Source of the DNA: a bacterium
Lineage (GTDB): Bacteria > Electryoneota > JAOADG01
Direction of reading: 5' to 3'
Assembly (NCBI GenBank): GCA_963681965.1
Contig: OY820579.1
Span: 1,024,001-1,088,000 of the forward strand
DNA: 64,000 nt
Every line of letters starts with the position of its first letter. Within the stretch, counting starts at the first letter, position 1. Both the position numbers and the translations under genes were made by a program. Below, one piece after another: positions 26,768-37,800 of the stretch. Under the pieces are notes generated by a model, which saw only the letters and a list, made by a program, of their open reading frames with translations, had not been told where the DNA came from and did not search any database.

Positions 26768-28612
26768 ATGAAAACGATATATAAATACTCTATAGCTGTG
26801 CTGATCTTGGTTGTGAGCTTTCAACTGTTTGTTGCGTGCGGCAAAAAACAACCTAAACCAGTACAGGATCAATCGGTTTCGCAGAATTCCAATCAACCCA
26901 ATCCGACTCCGCAAAAAATCGAATCGAAACCTCAAGTTCATGTCGGTGACGTATCCGATCATGCGGGTGGAGTTGGTGGTTCGGGAAAACTGGCATTAAA
27001 CGATATGAATAGCGTTCAAGCCGAGCAGTTGTTGAGTTCGGCGCCGATGAGTAAAAAGTCGGTCGGTGTATTCGCATCCGGCGGGTTGGGTGGATATAGT
27101 GGCAACGTCAATCAAGGCGGTGCCGGTTTGGCGTGTCGGATTGCACCAAATTTTTGTCCACCCACTCAGGGACATTTCAATCGGGAAGAGTATACACATA
27201 TCAGCGAAGCCGATTTTCTTCGGGTGAAAGATAATCCACTATCGACTTTCTCGATCGATGTCGATGCGGCATCGTACAGTAATGTGCGCCGATTTTTGAG
27301 AAGTGGTCAGCTTCCACCGAAAGATGCCGTTCGAATTGAGGAACTGGTCAATTATTTCCCCTACCACTATCCCGAACCGGATGGCGACCACCCGTGTTCG
27401 ATCACCACGAATTTGGCAGAATGCCCGTGGAAATCCGATCATCTTTTATTGCATATCGGCATTAAAGCTAGATCGATTTGTGTGGAAGAAGCGCCGGCAA
27501 ATAATCTAGTATTTCTTCTTGATGTATCAGGCTCGATGGCAGATTACAACAAGCTTCCGTTGGTCAAACGCGCCTTCCAATTGTTAGTGGAAGAATTACG
27601 ACCGATCGATCGAATCGCGATTGTAACGTATGCGGGAAACAGCCGATTGGCATTACCATCAACTTGCGGATCGAACAAACGACATATACTTCAAGCGATC
27701 AATGAACTGGAAGCGGGTGGTTGCACTGCAGGTGCATCTGGCATCCAGTTAGCGTATCGGATTGCACGCGAAAATTATCGATCAAATGGCAATAACCGAG
27801 TGATTCTTGCAACCGATGGTGATTTCAATGTCGGTGTGTCGAGTTCTAGTGATTTAGTGCGAATGATTGAGGAAAAGCGAAAATCCGGCATATTCCTGAC
27901 CGTTCTTGGCTTTGGCGAAGGGAATCTGCAAGATGGTAAAATGGAGCAACTCGCCGATAAGGGAAATGGACAATACCACTATATCGATAATATCCTAGAA
28001 GCCAGAAAGGTATTTGTCAACGAGTTAGGTGGAACGCTCTCGACAGTGGCGAAGGATGTGAAGATCCAGGTGGAATTCAATCCGAGTCGGGTGCAGGCAT
28101 ATCGCCTCGTCGGATACGAAAACCGGGCATTGCGAAACGAAGAATTCAATGACGATAAAAAAGATGCCGGCGATATGGGTGCAGGACATACTGTCACTGC
28201 ATTGTACGAGCTAATACCAACCGGAGTAAAAACGAATTTTCCGTCGATCGATCCGTTGCGTTACCAATCCAAACAAGAAACTCGAGAGGATGAATTCAAT
28301 GGTGAGTGGTCGTTGGTCAAGCTCCGTTACAAAGAACCCAAAGGGAATGAAAGTCGATTGATTACCCAACCGGTCACCGGAATTCCATATTCGATCAATC
28401 GAGTGCGGGAAGATACCCGATTTGCAGCATCGGTTGCCGCTTTCGGGATGCTCCTCCGGTCGTCTAATCACAAAGGGCATGCATCGTTTCCAATGGTGCT
28501 AGAGTTGGCGCGAAGCTCCTTTGGAGACGATCCTGAAGGGTATCGACATGAGTTTATTCGACTTGCCGAAACTGCTGAATCATTAATGAAATGCGTTCCT
28601 GAAAGCGACTAG
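26768..28612 (+). CDS. YfbK-like von Willebrand factor A lipoprotein (vWF_A plus DUF3520-type C-terminus)
   Basis: Lipobox FVAC, PLSTFSIDVDAASY, VRIEELVNYF, MIDAS DVSGS, ILATDGDFNVG and AKDVKIQVEFNP motifs. Confidence 0.9.
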   Translation: MKTIYKYSIAVLILVVSFQLFVACGKKQPKPVQDQSVSQNSNQPNPTPQKIESKPQVHVGDVSDHAGGVGGSGKLALNDMNSVQAEQLLSSAPMSKKSVGVFASGGLGGYSGNVNQGGAGLACRIAPNFCPPTQGHFNREEYTHISEADFLRVKDNPLSTFSIDVDAASYSNVRRFLRSGQLPPKDAVRIEELVNYFPYHYPEPDGDHPCSITTNLAECPWKSDHLLLHIGIKARSICVEEAPANNLVFLLDVSGSMADYNKLPLVKRAFQLLVEELRPIDRIAIVTYAGNSRLALPSTCGSNKRHILQAINELEAGGCTAGASGIQLAYRIARENYRSNGNNRVILATDGDFNVGVSSSSDLVRMIEEKRKSGIFLTVLGFGEGNLQDGKMEQLADKGNGQYHYIDNILEARKVFVNELGGTLSTVAKDVKIQVEFNPSRVQAYRLVGYENRALRNEEFNDDKKDAGDMGAGHTVTALYELIPTGVKTNFPSIDPLRYQSKQETREDEFNGEWSLVKLRYKEPKGNESRLITQPVTGIPYSINRVREDTRFAASVAAFGMLLRSSNHKGHASFPMVLELARSSFGDDPEGYRHEFIRLAETAESLMKCVPESD

Positions 28613-28641
28613 TCATCTGATTTTTTTAATAATCATTTCAC

Positions 28642-28682
28642 CCCACTCGATAAGTACTGTGATTTACAGATGTTCGAGTGGG
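28642..28682. terminator. Hairpin after the vWA gene (possible terminator)
   Basis: Outer stem CCCACTCGA...TCGAGTGGG with inner CTGT/ACAG. No clear U-tract follows. Confidence 0.3.
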
Positions 28683-28725
28683 ATGTACTGCGTCATAGAA
28701 AGATAAAATGCGATTTTTGTGAATC

Positions 28726-28789
28726 GGTGATAAAAATCACATATAAATACCGAAAAACTATGGCGATTATTATGGAATTCGAGTATTTT
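28726..28789 (+). promoter_or_regulatory. CRP/FNR-like site with a putative weak sigma70 promoter
   Basis: GGTGA-TAAAAA-TCACA (28726-28741); TGGCGA (28761), 17-nt spacer, TATTTT (28784-28789). Confidence 0.45.
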
Positions 28790-28930
28790 ATAGTAATTAG
28801 CTTTCTAACCTGACTCTTTGCCTGCTACGCCTCGATTACCGGTTTGTCATTTTGCTTGAATTTCCCACCCACTCTGTTGATTCGCCAAGATGGCAACTTT
28901 CAGAGTGGATTCCATTGAACGGAGACGACC

Positions 28931-31900
28931 ATGAGCAGCTCTCCTTATTATCGATTTTGTTTGATTGCACTGTGGATGTTATGCGCGGCAATCAATGCTT
29001 TTGCTGTCCCACTGACCGGTTCGTATTCGATTGGGGCTCTTGCATCCGATTACCCCTCATTTTCCGCAGCGGTGAGTGCGTTATCCACTTCAGGTGTTGG
29101 TACCGGTGGTGTCGTCTTTTCAGTACGAACCGGAATCTACCGTGAGCATGTGACTATTCCACCGATACCGAATGCGTCACAAATGAATCAAATCGTCTTT
29201 CAAAAAGAACTAGGTCCGGTAGAGATCCGCTATACTGGGACTTCGGGTACAAGTGATGCCGTTGTGACACTGATGGGGAGCGATTGGATAACCTTCGACG
29301 GAATCGATGTTCGCGATGGCGGTGACAATAGTCTCAACTATACCGAATTCGGCTATTACCTTCAAGGGGCATCGGCGACCGACGGTGTTTCGCACAATCG
29401 CATTCAGAACTGCAGTATTATTCTGAATCGAGTCAATTCCTACTCACGCGGTATCTACTCTGAGCACACCGTGAGTCCTTCTTCGCCGGAAGGGGGTAAT
29501 AGTTACAATGCAGTTCTTAATATCGTTATTTCAAATGCATTCTATGGGATCTATCTGAAAGGATCGAACACCAATTACGATATCGGTAATGAAATCGGTA
29601 GCAGTATTGCCGGTTTGACCAATACCAATCGGACATTTATCGGTTCGGGAGGAACCGATGATATTGGTGGATCGTCCGTTGTAGTGCAGGTGCCGGCAGG
29701 TGTCCAGTGTCAGTATCAAAGCGAACTCAATATCCACGATCTCGATATTGGCAATGTCACCTCAACCACCAATTTTGCCGCTGGAATTTCAATTCAGAAT
29801 GCTTCGGGAAATGTGACGATATCCGGAAACCGGATCTTCAATATCCGGCATAATTCAACGACCACCGCGAATTATGGTGCTTATGGTATCAATGTCAGCG
29901 CGAGTACACAAGCGACAACCAAGATATTTAACAACATCGTTGACAATTTAAATACCTCGCGAACGGTCGAGACAGCGAGTGTCTTGCTGCAGGGAATCTC
30001 TGTCAATACCGGTACGGTATATCTGGATAACAATACGATTTACCTATCACCACTCACAATCGGAGCGAGTAACTGTTGTTTGATGCTGCAGGGCGGCAAT
30101 CTGGCGATTCGGAACAATATCCTCTTTAACGGAACGCTTCCTCAGACGACAGCCAAACATTATGCGATACTGTACAATGCCGGTACACTTGCACCATCGA
30201 GCAATAACCTATTTTCTTGCACACTCAATGGAAATGGTTTTGTCGGTCGATCGAGTAATGTTGATCGAATGTATCTAATGGATTGGTCGAATGCGACCGG
30301 TCAAGATCTGAATTCATCGTTTGCCAATCCGCAATTTATCAACCCATCGACAAACGATTTTCATATTCAGGCAACAACCTCATCGAATGCGATGTTCCGG
30401 GCAGTACCAGTGCCGTGGGTTGGTCAAGACATCGATGCCGAAGCGCGAAATCTGAACACTCCCGCAATCGGCGCCGATGAACCGTTGGCACTTCAATTAA
30501 TCCGTCCGAATGGATTGGAAGTATTTACGATTGGAAATCCTGATTCGATCCAATTTAAGATGTCGGGTCAAACCCCAGTACGGATTGAATTAAATCGCAA
30601 CTATCCATCGTCGACTTGGGAGATTCTCACTGCCGGTGTTCCCAATAACTCGATGCAATGGATTTGGAGTAGTGTATATGGTCCATCCACCAATTTGGCG
30701 AGAGTCAGAGTAGTATCGTTATCGAATCCCGCAGTTGGCGATACTTGCGATAACAATTTTTCGATTATTGGAACCGCACGATTGCAACTATCTCGACCGA
30801 ATGGCAACGAAGTTTTTGTCATAGGACAATCCGATACGACCCGGTGGATCGCAGAGTATGTCTCAGGATTGGTCAGAATTGAATTGAATCGAAATTATCC
30901 GAACGATGTCTGGGAAATACTCGACTCGAATACCGAGTTGACCCAACAATTTTGGGTTTGGAACCCGGTCGGTGGTATGCCATCATCGACTGCTAGAATT
31001 CGATTAACGGCAATTCAGAATTCAACCATCAGTGCGATTTCTGAAAATGATTTTACGCTCATGCCGCCAATGCTCCAGCTTTTTCAACCGAATGGCGGTG
31101 AATATTTACCGATCGGTCAGCAGTGGACGATCGGCTGGATGTCGAATCTTCCCGGATTCTATCGATTGCAATTAAACCGCAATTTTCCCGCAGGCACATG
31201 GGAAATCATTCAAGATAATCTTCAGAATGTCGGATCTACTGTTTGGAATGTCTCGGGAGCTGCAACTACTAACGCGCGATTTAGATTACTATCGATAACT
31301 TATCCAGCGCTCGGTGATACTTCCGACGGTGACTTCTCAATCGTTCAACCTTATATCTCGATCCTCTCTCCGATCGGTGGCGAAATACTTCCGATCAATC
31401 AAATTGCAACGATTAATTGGGCGGGACGCTATTTTTCCGGTAACGTTCACATCTTACTGAATCGCACTTATCCACTGAATAACTGGGATACCCTGTTCGC
31501 GAATATTCCCAATAACGGGTCAATTGATTGGGTCGTATCCGGACCGTCATCAGTTCTCGGTAGGATAAAAATATTATCGGTGGATAACCCATCCATCAAT
31601 GCCACGAACGGCAATAATTTTACAATTCTGTCAACATCGTTGAATGTAACCCCCAATTCCATTGATTTTGGTAATCAAGCGGTGAAGACAATCGATTCGA
31701 GCTTGATTGCAATCTATCAACCGAATGGATTGGGATTCAGTTATCACTCGATTTCCGGTGGAAATTCCGGCTCATTTTCATCGCGAATTGTCAATCGGGA
31801 TACTATGATTCTTGGTTCCGATTCACTGCAAATTTGGGTTCGCTTCAAACCGGATACTGTTCTTACTTATCAAGATACTGTTCGGATCGAATGCAATGCA

Positions 31901-34804
31901 CCTTATGGATCAATAGCGATTCCTATTTCAGGAAATGGTATCGGGTACTATCTGACAGTTTACCCCGATATTGCTCAGTTTCCGGGGTACACCGCCCCCG
32001 GTAATACGGGAATCCAATCGTTGATCGTGCAACATTCCGGCAATCGACCATTGCTGAATGGTCACTGGATCAATATCAATGGTCCATTTCGTGTAACACC
32101 CAACGAGATTCAACAGTTATTAGAAGGAAGCGCGAATACTTTCAATCTTTTGTTCGAACCGTTGGCACCCGGTTTCTACTACGGCGCGGTAGCATTGGTA
32201 TCGAATGCAATCAATGGCGATACGCTTGTCATTCCGTGTCGTGGAATTTCACCTTCTATCAACTTAACTAGTCACAATGTTAGCGATACGCTCGTCGTTG
32301 GCTTCCCCGATACGATTCGATGGACAAGTCAATTTCTAGGTGAAACAGTACGGATCGAAATCAATCGCAATTTCCCGAGTGAAAATTGGTCGACGATCGT
32401 CGATAACCTTGAAAACACCGGTCAAGCAGTATGGTATGTGTCGGAACCGAGTTCGAATACGGTTCGATTTCGGATTTCCTGTTCGACAAATCCGACAATA
32501 TTCGATCTTTCAGATACCAATTCAACAATTATTACGCCACTGAAAATTCTACATCCAATCGCTTCCGACTTGTGGCGGATCAATGCTCTCGATACGATAC
32601 TTTGGCAACCAACCGGGATTAGCGGGACCGTACGAATCGACTTGAATCGAAATTATCCTACCGGAAGTTGGGAGACAATTGTCGTTTCCGTTCCCAATGA
32701 TGGACAGTTTCTCTGGTGGCATGTGACGGGTCCAGCTACAAGCACTGCACGGATTCGAATTTCTTCAAATGAATCTGCGGGTATCGCGTCACTCTCGCCG
32801 GGAACGTTCCAAATTTATGCACCCTTGCAGCATCCGAATGGTGGTGAAACTCTACTGGTCGGTACTCCCGACAGTGTTCGATGGCAATATACCGACATCA
32901 CTGGAACACTAACGATAAAGTTGAATCGATATTTCCCTCGAGGTACATGGCAGACGATCACCTCATCTGCTCCGATAGAGACCGGATGGTTTCCTTGGAT
33001 ACCGAATGAACCGGTATCATCCGAAGCAAGAATCGCGATCATTCCGAATTCGGATAATACTGCTGCCGATACATCCGACGCGAATTTTATCATTCAGCAA
33101 CGATCATTGTCGATTATTCGACCGATCGGTAACGAACAATTTCTTGCGACTCGCGCCGATACTATTTGGTGGAATTGTTCCTATCCCACCTTGCTAACGA
33201 TTGTCTTGAATCGAAATGGGCGAATATTCAATACACCGGAAACACTGGCAACCAACGTGAACTCGTTGTTGGGTATGTACCACTGGATTCCCACGTTACC
33301 GGCAACCGATAGTGCATTTATCCAAATCATCGATCAATTGTCACCAACAATCACTGGATCTCTTAATCCATTCCGGATCAGGAATGCAGTTGTCGCATTG
33401 ACCAAACCAGCAGTCGGGGATGCGTTCTATTTTGGGGTTCCCGATACAATCCGGTGGATCGGTACTTCAAATTTAACAGGCGCATTAAATATCGAAATTC
33501 AACGAATCCCCGGTGGACCGTGGGTACCGTTAATTAGTAGTTCCGAAAACAATGGCGCTTATGTTTGGTCACCCGATGGCACGGAAAGCCAATTCTGTCG
33601 AATGCGAGTTCGATCGTTAATGAATACGGCAATTTCCGATTCCAATAATTTCGAATTTCCGGTGAGATATTGGAGTTGGTCGATGCAGCCTTATGTAGCA
33701 CGCAATCCGAATCGATTGACGAGTGTTCAAGAATCGTGGTCGCCGGCATTTCCCTTCGATCCCGGAACCGCATATAAACCGCCGGTTGAAATCATCTACA
33801 CACCGCAAATGGGTACACGACACAATCCCGATTCGGTGCGAGTAACCTATACTCCGTTTTCTACCGACGATTTGACCGATGCAACGACGATCAATCGAAT
33901 ATGGACGATTGTTCCGAGTAGCGAGGAATTTGAAGACGCGACTCTAAAACTTCGATTTACCGAGACTCAAGTACCGATCGGAATTCCCGATCCGACAACG
34001 GCAGACCCCGAATTCTACAGTATCAAATCTGAAGATGAGGGGATGACATGGATTTATGTCCCGGGTGGTAGTTTCTACCACGATCCATCGGCTCCTACCG
34101 CATTCATCTATGAAATTCCTGGATTGGATAAATTCTCGACATGGACAATCACCAATAGTGGATTCCAGCCGGAAGTTTCATATCCCGATGGTGGAGAGAA
34201 TTTAATCGTTGGACAGACCGACACAATTCGTTGGGGAAACAGTATTAGTGGCGGCAATGTCACCATCGAACTTAATCGGGAATATCCTGTCGGGGAGTGG
34301 GAAACTCTGTTTGCTTCGACACCAAACGATAGTGCCGAAGCATGGGTTGTTACGGAACCGATCACGTCACAGGCACGAATCCGGATCGTTTCCGATTGGT
34401 TCAGTACCGATGGCGATACGTCAACGTCGAATTTCACGATCAAACCTACAGTAGATTCTTCACCGAAATCGCTTACTTCGCTAACCGTTCTACCGGATAG
34501 TACTTCAATGGTGCTTAATTGGAACCGGGTGGATAGCACTGTCAGCGGATTGCGGATGATTATCGATGGCTATAAAGTCTATTATAGCTCAACCTGGAAC
34601 ACTGCGACCACTTTGTTGTCGACATTGTCGAACTGGCGCGATACAGTTTATACCGACACGAACGTCTGCAGTGGTACTACACAACGGTATTACATCGTAA
34701 AAGCCTTTATGGGGGCGAGTAGCACTTCGGTTTCACGTCCACTTGAAACCGCCCGCAGAAGTTATCTGCAACCCCGATATCGGAGTCGATTTTACAAGCG
34801 ATAA
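28931..34804 (+). CDS. Giant secreted/surface protein: parallel beta-helix, about 10 PNGGE Ig-like repeats, 2 ASH-like Ig domains and a FN3-like domain
   Basis: Signal peptide (AFA-VP); Asn/Ile-rich beta-helix N-terminal region; recurring PNG(G)E...I.W...RIELNRNYP..W...ARIRI...D.SD..F.I repeats; final FN3-like domain and basic tail. Confidence 0.8.
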   Translation: MSSSPYYRFCLIALWMLCAAINAFAVPLTGSYSIGALASDYPSFSAAVSALSTSGVGTGGVVFSVRTGIYREHVTIPPIPNASQMNQIVFQKELGPVEIRYTGTSGTSDAVVTLMGSDWITFDGIDVRDGGDNSLNYTEFGYYLQGASATDGVSHNRIQNCSIILNRVNSYSRGIYSEHTVSPSSPEGGNSYNAVLNIVISNAFYGIYLKGSNTNYDIGNEIGSSIAGLTNTNRTFIGSGGTDDIGGSSVVVQVPAGVQCQYQSELNIHDLDIGNVTSTTNFAAGISIQNASGNVTISGNRIFNIRHNSTTTANYGAYGINVSASTQATTKIFNNIVDNLNTSRTVETASVLLQGISVNTGTVYLDNNTIYLSPLTIGASNCCLMLQGGNLAIRNNILFNGTLPQTTAKHYAILYNAGTLAPSSNNLFSCTLNGNGFVGRSSNVDRMYLMDWSNATGQDLNSSFANPQFINPSTNDFHIQATTSSNAMFRAVPVPWVGQDIDAEARNLNTPAIGADEPLALQLIRPNGLEVFTIGNPDSIQFKMSGQTPVRIELNRNYPSSTWEILTAGVPNNSMQWIWSSVYGPSTNLARVRVVSLSNPAVGDTCDNNFSIIGTARLQLSRPNGNEVFVIGQSDTTRWIAEYVSGLVRIELNRNYPNDVWEILDSNTELTQQFWVWNPVGGMPSSTARIRLTAIQNSTISAISENDFTLMPPMLQLFQPNGGEYLPIGQQWTIGWMSNLPGFYRLQLNRNFPAGTWEIIQDNLQNVGSTVWNVSGAATTNARFRLLSITYPALGDTSDGDFSIVQPYISILSPIGGEILPINQIATINWAGRYFSGNVHILLNRTYPLNNWDTLFANIPNNGSIDWVVSGPSSVLGRIKILSVDNPSINATNGNNFTILSTSLNVTPNSIDFGNQAVKTIDSSLIAIYQPNGLGFSYHSISGGNSGSFSSRIVNRDTMILGSDSLQIWVRFKPDTVLTYQDTVRIECNAPYGSIAIPISGNGIGYYLTVYPDIAQFPGYTAPGNTGIQSLIVQHSGNRPLLNGHWININGPFRVTPNEIQQLLEGSANTFNLLFEPLAPGFYYGAVALVSNAINGDTLVIPCRGISPSINLTSHNVSDTLVVGFPDTIRWTSQFLGETVRIEINRNFPSENWSTIVDNLENTGQAVWYVSEPSSNTVRFRISCSTNPTIFDLSDTNSTIITPLKILHPIASDLWRINALDTILWQPTGISGTVRIDLNRNYPTGSWETIVVSVPNDGQFLWWHVTGPATSTARIRISSNESAGIASLSPGTFQIYAPLQHPNGGETLLVGTPDSVRWQYTDITGTLTIKLNRYFPRGTWQTITSSAPIETGWFPWIPNEPVSSEARIAIIPNSDNTAADTSDANFIIQQRSLSIIRPIGNEQFLATRADTIWWNCSYPTLLTIVLNRNGRIFNTPETLATNVNSLLGMYHWIPTLPATDSAFIQIIDQLSPTITGSLNPFRIRNAVVALTKPAVGDAFYFGVPDTIRWIGTSNLTGALNIEIQRIPGGPWVPLISSSENNGAYVWSPDGTESQFCRMRVRSLMNTAISDSNNFEFPVRYWSWSMQPYVARNPNRLTSVQESWSPAFPFDPGTAYKPPVEIIYTPQMGTRHNPDSVRVTYTPFSTDDLTDATTINRIWTIVPSSEEFEDATLKLRFTETQVPIGIPDPTTADPEFYSIKSEDEGMTWIYVPGGSFYHDPSAPTAFIYEIPGLDKFSTWTITNSGFQPEVSYPDGGENLIVGQTDTIRWGNSISGGNVTIELNREYPVGEWETLFASTPNDSAEAWVVTEPITSQARIRIVSDWFSTDGDTSTSNFTIKPTVDSSPKSLTSLTVLPDSTSMVLNWNRVDSTVSGLRMIIDGYKVYYSSTWNTATTLLSTLSNWRDTVYTDTNVCSGTTQRYYIVKAFMGASSTSVSRPLETARRSYLQPRYRSRFYKR

Positions 34805-34837
34805 CTCAATTAAATTCTTTAGTCAAAGGATTTCATC

Positions 34838-37800
34838 ATGTCGGACAATTGGCTGTCGTCCATCACTGAAGATATCGAGAAACTGGCACAATTAATTGCG
34901 CCAATCGAAACAAAATCGCTCAATTTCATTGAGGGTGAGCGCCGTGAGGTTGCGATTCTCTTTCTGGATCTTCAGGGTTTTACTACAATGTCCGAATCGA
35001 TGGATCACGAACAACTTCACAAACTGATTTTTGGTGTAATGAGAACACTGGCAACGGTGATCGAACAACATGGAGGATACGTCGATAAATTCGAGGGAGA
35101 CTTGGTGATGGCGCTTTTTGGCGCGCAGCACGCCTCGGAAAACGATAGTATCCGCTGTGTTCAGTGCGGACTCCGGTTGTTTCAAGCACTCGAAGATATC
35201 AATCGACTGTTAAAAGAAAAATTGGGATTTACCCTTGGGGCGCGGATCGGTATCAATTTCGGATGGGTTACGGTAGCTCCCGATCCTTCTGGACATCTGA
35301 CTGCGATCGGCGATGATGTTAATCTCGCTTCCCGGATGGAATCATCAGCGACTGTTAACACCATACAAGTGACGGATTCAGTTGTAAAGCAGTGTGGCGA
35401 GTATTTTGTTTGGCAGGATTTAGGACAAATTTCGGTTCGCGGTAAACATGAACCGATTCATGTTTATCGTCCCATCGGGTTTGGCAAGACTGTGATCGAG
35501 CGCTGGGATCGCTCTAAGCGGGTTCAGCAAGTTCCTTATGTCGGTCGGCAGTTATGGTTGGATCGTCTACTCGAAATTTGGTCTACAAGATCGGTGATCG
35601 AAAATCCACGTAGTTCGCCAAAGCACTACTGGGTTGGTATTCACGGCGAAGCCGGTATCGGAAAATCGCGACTGGCGTTTGAATCCGATCAGTCGATTCG
35701 GAAATCAGATCCCGAGTGTATGATCATCAAAGGGCAAACTACCGCGATTGCGCAACCGCCATTTTGGCTGTGGATTACATTACTGAAAAGTTATTTCAAA
35801 TTCAACGACGCGACTCCCGATTCGGTCCAATTTGCGCAAGGGATTTCCCGTTTAAGATCGATAAATCGTACACTCGAACCGGCAACCTTCGATCGAATGG
35901 TCTTGTTGTTGGATTACATTTTGTCGCTTTCCAGTCCCGATGCAAGCATAAAAGCGATGGATGAAAAATCGCGGCGAACCGAAATTACGCTCGCAATTCG
36001 GGATTTTATCCGGTTGATAGCCCAATCGGTAAACCAGTTAGTTCTGATTTTAGACGACTTGCAATGGCTCGACAGCGGTTCGCGAGAAGTGCTAGAATTC
36101 ATCGTATCAAACTGCGAAACCGAAATGCCGATTTTTTTTGTTGGGTGTTACCGTACCGATCGCGACGACGGTCAACCAGTATCATTTACGATGAACGATC
36201 AGTATCTGATCAGCGAAACGATACGATTGAATTACTTGCCCGAACCGGAAATAAAACAATTAATCAACAACATTCTGACCTGCTCAGATCCGTCAACGAT
36301 TGCAATTCCCGATCAAATTGTCGACCAATTGACCAAGTATTCGCAAGGTAACCCGTTTTATCTGGAAGAACTGCTGCTCGATTGGATTGAAACGGGTAAA
36401 TTAACTGTTAGCGATGGCAAATGGATCGTCGAACAACCCATCTCGGATTTTGGAATTCCTACTAGTATCGCCAGCTTGATTCGTGCTCGCATGGATCGCT
36501 TATCGAAACAAGAGCGCGGTGCTTTGCAGCAGTGTTCGGTACTCGGCTTTGAATTTACACAAACACTCTTTCGTAAAGTTAAAGAAAAAATCGCCGAGAA
36601 GTATGCCGAAGATGTTGTACTGAAAGAGTTGGAGTTTCGAAAATTTTTAAGAAGTCTGGTCAATCTGGAAAATCTATTTTACCGGTTCAGGTTGACGACC
36701 ACCCGCGTTGTCGCGTATGAAACCTTGCTAATGCACAACCGGAAAATCCTTCACCACTTGACTGCAGAGACGATGGAAGAGATGTTCAAGGATGAATTGG
36801 ATATTGTATCCGAGATGCTCTCGATTCATTGGGAATTATCTGAAGAGTGGGATAAATCGATTGAAAGTGGTATTCGTGGATTGACATTTTTGTATCAATC
36901 CTACCAGAACCGGGAAGGATATTTTCTCGCAGAGCGGTTGTTGGAGTTGCTCCACAATAATTCCAACAAAGTCTCCGATTCAAAAGCATCTGAAATTGCG
37001 ATTCTATTTGCGATGGAGCGATTCTGCAATTTTCAGGGAATGCGCGATCGTCAGCAATCGATATTAAATCGCCTATTGGAATTGGTAGATGTTAATTCCG
37101 AACAATTTGTCGACGCGAAGGTCCGAGAAGGCAACCGCTATTTATTGACCGGCGAATATCGCAAAGCTGACGAGATTTATAACGAAGTACTTCCGATCGC
37201 CGATCGGCTCGAGCTAAAACAATTCGTCGCTTCATGCAAAGGGAATATTGGATTACTGCAGATATTCGATAAAAAGTATTCGATAGCCGAAAAATTGCTG
37301 ATTGAAGCAGTTGAAATCTTTCGGTCGATCGGCATGAAAGCTTACGAATCGTCATTTTTAATGAATCTCGGCGGTCTGTTGGCATCGCAACGTCGGATAA
37401 ATGAAGCAATTCCCTGTGTCGAAGCGGCGATTATTAATTTTGAGGCAATGCAAAACCGCCACGCTATCGCAAATGCGATGTCAAATTTATCTTTTCTAAG
37501 AATGCATCAACATCAGATCGATGATGCAATCGATCTGGCAACGAAAGCGCAGACAATTTTTTATGAAGTCGGGGATCGAAAAGCGGAAGGAGTTACGCTA
37601 TCTAACTTAGGTCACTTGAATCTGAGAATTTCGAAATTCAGTGAAAGTGAACACTATTTGAAACAAGCGCTCAAAGTGTTAACCGAGGTAAACGATCTAC
37701 CTACGATTGCCTCTGTGTATATCAATCTGATCGATCTGTTCGAACAACAAGCACGAAAAATCGATGCAATTGCAATCGTTGAATCCGCTATTCCACTTTT

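Noticed and set aside
30480-34450. DNA tandem repeats or a CRISPR-like array within the giant gene
   Set aside because: The repeats are visible only at protein level and are highly diverged; there are no identical DNA repeats with spacers.
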